Assembly: GCF_009914755.1 (NCBI RefSeq)
Contig: NC_060934.1
DNA length: 64,000 bases
Reading direction: 5' to 3' (one strand)
From: the human T2T-CHM13v2.0 reference genome, Homo sapiens
Shown: positions 56,579 through 64,000 of the stretch, in pieces
How the letters are laid out: each line of letters begins with the position of its first letter
How positions within the stretch are numbered: the first letter of the stretch is position 1
The notes under the pieces: model-generated
Told to the model about the DNA's origin: nothing
What the model saw: only the letters and a program-made list of their open reading frames with translations
Databases searched by the model: none
Position numbers and translations under genes: made by a program

Positions 56579-56807
56579 CATTGGCAATATGGCTATTGCC
56601 CCCAGGGTGGATTACATCACTCAATGTCTTTTTTAACTTTTCGTAGCAGGCAAAATAAAGGGCGTGGGCAGGCCCTGCGCCTGTTGCTGTGACGTTCAGC
56701 CCCCTCATGGGCCTCCATAGGCCCTCCGTTCTTATAATCCTCCAGAGGGCCTCCAACACATTGCGATAGCGGGCAGCTGGGTCAGGCTGTAGACTCTGCA
56801 TCCGGGT
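56579..56807 (-). CDS. SLC25A28: Mitoferrin-2 coding exon 2 ([10 protein letters not shown]...HIAN), 229 nt
   Basis: Acceptor ttcag|ACC and donor G|GTATTG; phase-0 continuation of exon 1; [14 protein letters not shown] mitoferrin motif. Confidence 0.97.
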
Positions 56808-57955
56808 CTGAAATTACAGCAAGGAGAAGCGCAATGTCAGCAATGCCAACTTCTCGCCCCACCTCAACACACTGGGCAGACCTTCTACATGGAGCTGTGC
56901 CAATCTGTGAGAGGGATATCTGGCTTTCAGCTTATTTCCAATCTATAGCTGATCTTTCTTCTAAGCCTTGGACCTTTCTTTTTCTAGTCATCTATGACCC
57001 TAAGAATGGAACACCATTATTTTCCCTGAAAAAATAATCCCACCTATTGCTAAGTGTCCTGGTACTCCAAAATGATTCAGAGCCCCAGCAACAAATATCA
57101 AGCCTGTGTTTCAGAAGTTGCTTTTGTGCCTTAATACACTCAAGCTGACAGTTCTTTACAAATGGATTCTAAACTCCAGTATTTACTATCTATGACATAC
57201 TTTATGCTGTATACCTAAAGAGTGCCCCTGGCCCTGCTTCATGACCACACACTGAGGGGCGGCTAATTTTTTTATACTTTTTCAGACTATCTGGCAATGG
57301 TGGCTGGGTCTACACAGAGTCTTGGCAGAAGCAGCATTCTTAATACATGCTTTTATTTCTTGGGAAAGAAAGTTTACCCTGAAACTGCAAAGGTGGGAGT
57401 GTCTAGCTAGAAACCAATCTAGTCTCCAATCCTGAAGGGCCCTTCCAGATTTCTAATTTAAATTGATTGAATCCCAAAATTGGCATTAGCAAATAAAATC
57501 AGTCTCAGTGAAACATAATCCTTGGAATCTCTCTAAAGGATTTGATGATTGGAATAAAAGCGTAGGGTAGACACTTTGTATGATGTTCTTGGACAAAGTT
57601 TTGTTGAAATTTGGGAAATTAATCTTATTCAAAACACCTCCCTAAATTAGACCTTTTCTGAAGAGTGTGTCTCCCCAGGAAAATTTCTCATCTACTGACC
57701 CAATTCAAGGTAAAGTAACATGGAAACTAATAGTTAATATAAAATCAATGTCTAAAAAGAAAAATCAATGTCTGGTGCCTGACACACAATAAGCACTTCT
57801 GATTTGTTTGCTAAATGAATGAATCTTTTGTCACATAACTGTATCAGCTACAATCACTGGTGAGCCAATGGAAGCAAGTGATGCCCAAGTACAGTTTAAA
57901 TTTCTGCATCAATCTAATCACTAGATTCTATTTGGATTTAAAAGCTTGAACCTTC

Positions 57956-58255
57956 GGCCAGGCACGGTGGCTCACGTCTGTAATCCCAGCACTTTGAGAG
58001 GCCAAGGCGAGCAGATCACCTGAGGTCAGGAGTTCGAGACCAGCCTAGCCAACATGGTGAAACCCCGTCTCTATTAAAAATACAAAAAAATTAGCCGGGC
58101 ATGGTGGTGTGCACCTGTAATCCCAGCTACTCAGGAGGCAGGAGAATCGCTTGAACCTGTGAGGCGGAGGTTGTAGTGAGCCTTCGCTGGTTTGAGCCAC
58201 TGCACGGCAGCCTGGGCAACAAGAGCAAAACTCCATCTCAAAAAAAAAAAAAAAA
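57956..58255 (+). mobile_element. Alu in SLC25A28 intron 1 (antisense to the gene)
   Basis: TSD aaaagcttgaaccttc. Confidence 0.92.
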
Positions 58256-59059
58256 AGCTTGAACCTTCCTCTTGGCCAACTGGAATCCAAGAGTAATACC
58301 TTTCCTCAAGAGCATGGGAGAAAAGAAACTAACCAGATGAACAGGTCCCGGTTAGCTGCAAGCAATCCACATTCCTCTGGTTATTTTCTCCTGCCTGCTA
58401 CCAACAAAAAACCGGAAGCTTAAAAGGTTAGTTACTGGATGTTCAATCAGAAATACTCTACACAGTATCACTTATCACAATTTGACACATTCTTTCCTAC
58501 TTCCCCCCACAAAACCTCATGTATTTCCAATAAAGGGTTTGTTTACTCATCTTTCACATCACACAAGGCATATAAAATCCATCAGAAGAGTTGTTCATAG
58601 AGACTACGGGTCATATGCTGGCTAGAGCTACTAATAAGCAAAGATAAATTGAGCCTCTTAGCTTATCGTGTTTCCATGCATTTATTCAAAACTGATCTTG
58701 TATAGGGGGAATGTTCAGCAATTGCATTGCTCTGCTGCAGTCAATGGTGTATTTGGCTACCAATTCTGAACGGTTTGGCTTCGGAGGCCTGGAACTCCTC
58801 ACCCCCAAGAGAAAACCGGACTGTGGGAAGCTACTTTGAACATTCTATATACACATCTAAATCTAACTCAACAATTCTAACTCGATAAAAGTACACCCTT
58901 ATGGAGAGGACCTGGGCATAAGCTATGCCAAATATAAAAATGCATATGGCTCCCCAAATTTGTGGGCCAATAAATCTGCCTTTTACAGAAAGATGAAATA
59001 TCTAAGTAAGAATTTCTGAGAAACCTCAATGTGAAAAACTTCTACCTGGCTTTGGAGAA

Positions 59060-59830
59060 AAGCCAAACAACCCAGTAGAGAGGTAAGTGGTTTGGTAAAA
59101 GACAAGCCACATTTGAGTCAAAAAGCCTGAGTCTGAGCCTCAGCTTTGCTAGTTGTGTGATCTTGGGTATGTCACTTAACCTCTTTAAGCTTCAAAATTG
59201 TCATCTATAACATGAGGCCAAGAATGACTGGCTCACAGGGCTGTTGTGGGGATTAAAAGAGATAAGATATGTAAAAGCCATTGGTAATTTATAAGATGCT
59301 AGAAATACAAAGATTTTTATTGTATTCAAAATGATTCTATATTTGTTCATATCTAAGAATTTACAGATCATGGTAGCATTGCCTCCTGTATAAGTCATTT
59401 CACAAATATACGTGGGCAACTAACTGTCCTTAGCCACCAATAAATCAGGGTTAATTTTGTATTTTTTGTTTTCCTTTTAAGGTTTCTCTGTGGCTATAAT
59501 GATTTACATGTCCCACTATTAATCTGAAGGTCATATGTTCAGGGACAAGCTTTACTGTGAAATTCTGTGCCTTGCCTGGTTCTTGTAATCTGCTTTTGGG
59601 AAGCTATATGGAAGGCTTGAGAGTCTGATACACTGAGTTCAAATCATAACTGTGCTACTTAAACTGTGTGACCTTGGACAAGTTATATAACTTCCCTAAG
59701 CCTCCTTTCAACTGTAAAATAATGAAAATGGTTTCTACTTCATGAAGTTGCTTCACAGATTAAATGAATAAATGTATGTAAGGTACTTCAGATAGTGCTT
59801 GGCACACAAGATCACTGAATACTTATTACT
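59060..59830 (+). mobile_element. Two MIR copies in intron 1 (about 59060-59300 and 59610-59830)
   Basis: gtgtgaccttgg..aacctct..ctgtaaaat cores. Confidence 0.7.
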
Positions 59831-60669
59831 AGATGCAAGAAAATCAAATAAGCTAATGTTTCCATTTCCTAATCTTTCACAGGTGAATATGTATAGATAC
59901 CATTTACATCTGGAAATTGGAGATTTATCTCCCTCTGCTCTTCCCCTCTTTATTATATAAGTGGATATTTGCTTTACCACTTCAGAGCCAACAACAGCAG
60001 CTTGATGATAGGTGGGTACTTAGCCAGAGGATTTTGAGAAGGGTTCTGACTGTTTTGGGTTGCAGAATGTCCCCATAGATAAAGTCTGGCGCTTGCCTTC
60101 GAGGCCCAGAAAAGGAAACTGGGATTTATCTGGGCTCCCAAGCCTCTCCATTATAGCCATGGAAATAGCTGGTTGAATAACCATGATCCAGCAAGGCTAC
60201 ACTGACTTCTCATGGTCCCTCTCAAGGATATTTAAAGTCAACTTGACCCTGATAAGTAGCTGAGGATGGACAGGCCTGCATGTCAAAAGGCAATGTCAGC
60301 TTTCATTTGCAAACATTGTGGTTGCCCTTTAGGCTCCAACAACATGGATATCTGCCTCCAGTCTTAAAGACTGGGCTGCTTTTCCTCCCCACCATCCACT
60401 TACTAAAAGAAGAAGGATAGCTGCTGGGGACAAGCAAACTGGGAAGTCTTTTCTGAAGGAAGAGATTTGAATTTTACTTTCATGCCTGCACAAAAGTGTT
60501 TAACATACTCACTGACACTAAATCATACTGGCCTCACCTAGTTCTTCCCTCTAAGTCATTTAAATCCCAGCATTAAGTGCAAGTGAAAATGAGCCTTCTA
60601 AAATAAGCTTTCGTATTGTTGACAACTCCTGAGCATTTTTTTCTCAAATCATTATTTCCTTAATAGAGG

Positions 60670-61110
60670 GCTTTCAGGCATAACTGCTATGTTGTATGAC
60701 TAATTTTTAAAAAACAAAAATTCCAAAGTTTATGTAAATGAGTAAGAACTGTTCTTCAAAATAGTTACCTTGGAAGGCTACAATTGACTTATTCCAGCAA
60801 AGCTGTGGTTATGCAAAACCTTTCTGGAACTTCTCTTTCAGAGGTGTTTCCTCAACGGGTTTATAGGCCTCAGAAGTAAAGCAGTCTCCTTGCTTTCCAG
60901 TCCCACCTTATTTTGATGCCAAGCAGTATTACCCATTTTGACCTCCCACTTTATTCACCATATTTGATTCTGAATAGTCTTTGTTCTTGCAAAATCAATT
61001 CCATCTTGTCACAGGGCAAAGATTTGCCTCCCTTAAGGACATGCACCCAAATATTCTAGAAGCATTTTTAACAGGGATTTATAAAATGTTTATAGCAACA
61101 ATAGCACTAT
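60670..61110. mobile_element. Ancient mariner-type fossil (MARNA-like) in intron 1
   Basis: ccactttattcaccatatttgattctgaat..agggcaaagattt resembles decayed mariner PPYSPDLAP...GxRF coding sequence. Confidence 0.45.
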
Positions 61111-62769
61111 GTAAATATATGGAGTAAGGAGATAACCTCCCGTTCTGTTATAATGGAACAGTGGTTAAATTGATAAGTTACAGTAATATTTCTAAGACAA
61201 ATTATTACACTGTATTTTTCAAGCCATTACATAATTTTCACTGTTTTCATTGATCTGTTTTCCATTCAATACTCATCCAGAAAAACAGCATCCTAAACCC
61301 TGCACTCTACTCACAGTCTAAGTCTAGGGAGGTTACTCTGCAGCTAGATTATATTAACTTTTGGATATACGGCATTATTAACTCACAAGTCATTCAACCT
61401 AGAGTCTATACATATAATGTGTGCATCTTTTTTATTTATACTTGTTTTACATTTCAATGTTGTTACTTCTCTCTCATGGATTTTACAGTTTATTTCTATT
61501 TCTCCCAATTGACAAGGACATTTAACATTCTAATGTCCATTTTAGTCAAGTGCATTTACCCCGTTTTCAATGGATATGGCCCTTGTTAGGAGTTACCTTG
61601 TGTTAAAATACTCCTGCCAGTTTGCTGTCATTCACAAAGCTTAATGAGCGCTCCCCCCATTTCCTTATCCACATTCTAATGAAAAACATGAAACAGTACT
61701 GGAACCAAAGGGAAGTAAAAGGGATCTACTTTGCCTTTCCCAAGTTGATTCTCTCCTCCTTTTGAATACATAACACTTTCCTGATTTGAAGAGAAAACAT
61801 ACATCAAAAAGCTGCCAGGTCACTGTTTGACTATTACCCTTCACATGTAAAGGAGGCATCGGTCTTTGTCATATCAACAGTCCCCTCTAGTTTACCTCTC
61901 CCTCAATTCAGTCCTCACCTTTAATGGCTGGCACCTTTACTAATGTACAAGAATAAGAACTGTAAAGAACAATAATCTGTTTCTTTCTTCACCCAGCTTT
62001 CTTCAGAAGGACCTGACTTCAGTACACATAAATCATCCTGCTTGGTTGTGAATGCAATTAGTTTTACTTTCACAAGAATCGTGTCCTCTTGTTGATCTCT
62101 TTCCATTTTCTTCATACTTACATCTACTTTCTAATACCGTCACACTTCCTTTCTAGGCAACTTCTCCCTTTTTGCCAACTTCAGGTGGCCAAAGAAATAT
62201 GCTATCAGTTTCATCTCTCTTGTTTGGAGGCTGATGTGCTCCCTGAACATACAGTCCTAATCCCAGCTCAATTTTCATGTTCAGGAAATAGGTGGGGTAT
62301 CATGCTTGCTTCACAGAGAAACTGAAACCTATTCCTGAATACGATCTTTCCCACATTACTTCCAGTCTGGAATTCTGCATTCTCACTGCACAATGATTTC
62401 CAGTCACTCATGTGTTAAGATTTAACATGTAAGTCCTTTATCTAGCTGAGAGATCCCAGATTCGGGTTCCTGCCCCGTCAGTAAGGGAAGATACAGCAAG
62501 GAGTTTGTAAAAGCACTAGCCCAGAAAACATCTCAAGCCGTTAGATCCATTTCAGGGTCTGGTTCACGCCAGTTGGCTTCACCTTAATCGAGTTAGTAGC
62601 ACTTACCTGAGCTTCGGGATACCCCATCCCACCCTATTCCTGTTTAGTCCCAGGTGGGGTCCAGGGCTTTGGCTGACAGATTTTCGATCCTGAGTCCCGA
62701 TTCAGATTTCACTGACGGTTAGAAATAGGTCCTGGTTCCTGACTGGGATCAACTCCCAGCTGGGACCTT

Positions 62770-64000
62770 GCTTGAATGGAGTGTCGGTTCGAATCATGTG
62801 GTAGTGGCAGGAGCCAGGAAGGAACCCATGTCGGCTCCGGCTCTCAGCCGGGATCCTGGCTCCGGACAAGACCCAGGGGTCGGGTCAGCCCCAGGTCGGG
62901 TTCGAAGCCGGGTGCAGGTCTCACCTTGACGCAGTCGATGGGGTACATCACGCAGTGCTCCAGGATCCCTGCCACGGCGCCTGCCACCATGTGCGTGGTG
63001 ACAGTGGCTCCAGCCGGCAGCGCCTCGTAGTCCGGGCCGGAGTCCGGATCTTGTCGTACCGGGGGCCTGCAGGCCCCGGCCTCCCCGCCGCCGGCCCCCC
63101 GGCCCACGCCCCGCTGCAGCCACCCGTCCAGCAGCGCCGACTCCCCGGGGCTCCGCCCGGGCCCTGCCGCCGGCCCCCCCGCCACACCGCCAGCACCCCG
63201 CCCCTCCAACTCCATCCACCCGGGCCAGCTGCGGCGCCCACCCCCGCCGCCGCTGCCACCACTGCCGCCGCCGCCCCCCGGCCCCGTAGTGTCCGCCTCA
63301 GGCGCGGCCCAGAGAGCCCGGGGCCTCCGGCTCCCGCTTGGCCCCGAGGACACGCCCCCCAAGCAACCATTGGTGGAGACGCCAAGTTAGACCCACCCCT
63401 TTCCTTACGTACGAAAAATCAGCCGGCAGTATTAGCGAAGTCGCCTGTCATTCCTCCGCCCTGAGGCGTTGCTAGCGCCTACATCCCACCTTTTCCCCTT
63501 TGATCTTAGAAGCTTCTTGTTTATTGGTCACTGATTGGCCGACATGTGCGATCAACCCGCCTCTGACTTTTAGAAGGGCGGGAGAAACTTAAGGCTGAAC
63601 TTTGATAGGCTCAACCACTCTTGATACTTTGACCGCGGCCATTGGCCCGCACCACGTCGGTCCCCGATTGGCTACAGAAAGAGCGACGCGCCCAGGGACT
63701 CTAGGGGCCGACTTCGGGCCCCTCACTAGCGCCTGCAGAGCTGCGGTCCCTGTGCGCGGGATCGCGTCGGGGGCGGGGCGGCGACAGGCCTTCAACGTCA
63801 AACTGCTGACGGGCGCCGTTACGACCCGCGCTCCGTGCGCTCCTCAAATTCTGAGACGCGTGGCTGGAGAGCGGGCGGCCCTGGCCCCGGAGAGCCGTGT
63901 TCCCGCGGGATCTCGTCGCGGGCGTGAGGCGGGGCCGGCCTGGGCCGGTCATCCCTGGCTGGCGCGACCCGCAGCCTGTCCGGGAAGCCGTTGCGACATG
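62770..64000. promoter_or_regulatory. CpG island / SLC25A28 promoter with several CCAAT boxes and GC boxes; probably bidirectional
   Basis: Very high GC/CpG density; ATTGG at 63523, 63534, 63641, 63667; GGGGCGGGGC ~63771-63780; CCTTTGATC 63497-63505; island runs off the window edge. Confidence 0.9.
62925..63215 (-). CDS. SLC25A28: Mitoferrin-2 coding exon 1 ([10 protein letters not shown]...MYPIDCVK), 291 nt
   Basis: ATG at 63215; exon ends AAG|GTGAGA (donor); encodes DYEALP and the start of the first carrier signature PIDCVK(TR); recognised mitoferrin-2 N-terminus. Confidence 0.97.

Noticed and set aside
63250-63275. CAGTG in the 5' leader as a possible iron-responsive element
   Set aside because: The loop is CAGUGG (sixth base should not be G) and the flanks ggcgg/tggca do not form the 5-bp stem. 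No CAGTG was seen in the 3'UTR either.
62955-63464. 169-aa antisense ORF and other long ORFs over exon 1
   Set aside because: Stop-codon scarcity in the GC-rich island explains them; the products are low-complexity Pro/Ala/Arg.
63641-63656. ATTGG...CCACG resembling ERSE-II
   Set aside because: The spacer is 6 nt rather than 1, and the ERSE (CCAAT-N9-CCACG) geometry is not met on either strand.

Overview
Primate (human-like) genomic DNA. The right ~11 kb holds the complete 4-exon SLC25A28 (mitoferrin-2, mitochondrial iron carrier) gene on the minus strand. Its CDS is 63215-62925, 56807-56579, 55482-55426 and 54249-53732, totalling 1095 nt (364 aa), with GT-AG introns, AATAAA at 53421-53426 and a CpG-island/CCAAT promoter at ~62.8-64.0 kb. 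From established knowledge this is 10q24.2, in the interval next to NKX2-3. The left ~53 kb is non-coding and very repeat-dense: about 45-50 Alus (many nested, with readable TSDs), old L1/L2/MIR fragments, DNA transposons, THE1/MER61-like/MLT LTRs and a U13 snoRNA retrocopy. Almost all ORF-track entries there are Alu/L1 artefacts. I found no evidence for a new protein-coding system. The most notable observations are (1) a 66-nt templated insertion in one Alu, apparently copied from a specific inverted Alu 4 kb away; (2) a ~125-nt AG-exclusion zone with a distant branch point/polypyrimidine tract before the last SLC25A28 exon; (3) a convergent pair of CTCF motifs (2.7 kb +, 55.3 kb -); and (4) 5'-leader features suggesting translational control. 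Repeat boundaries and subfamily names were read by eye and are approximate.
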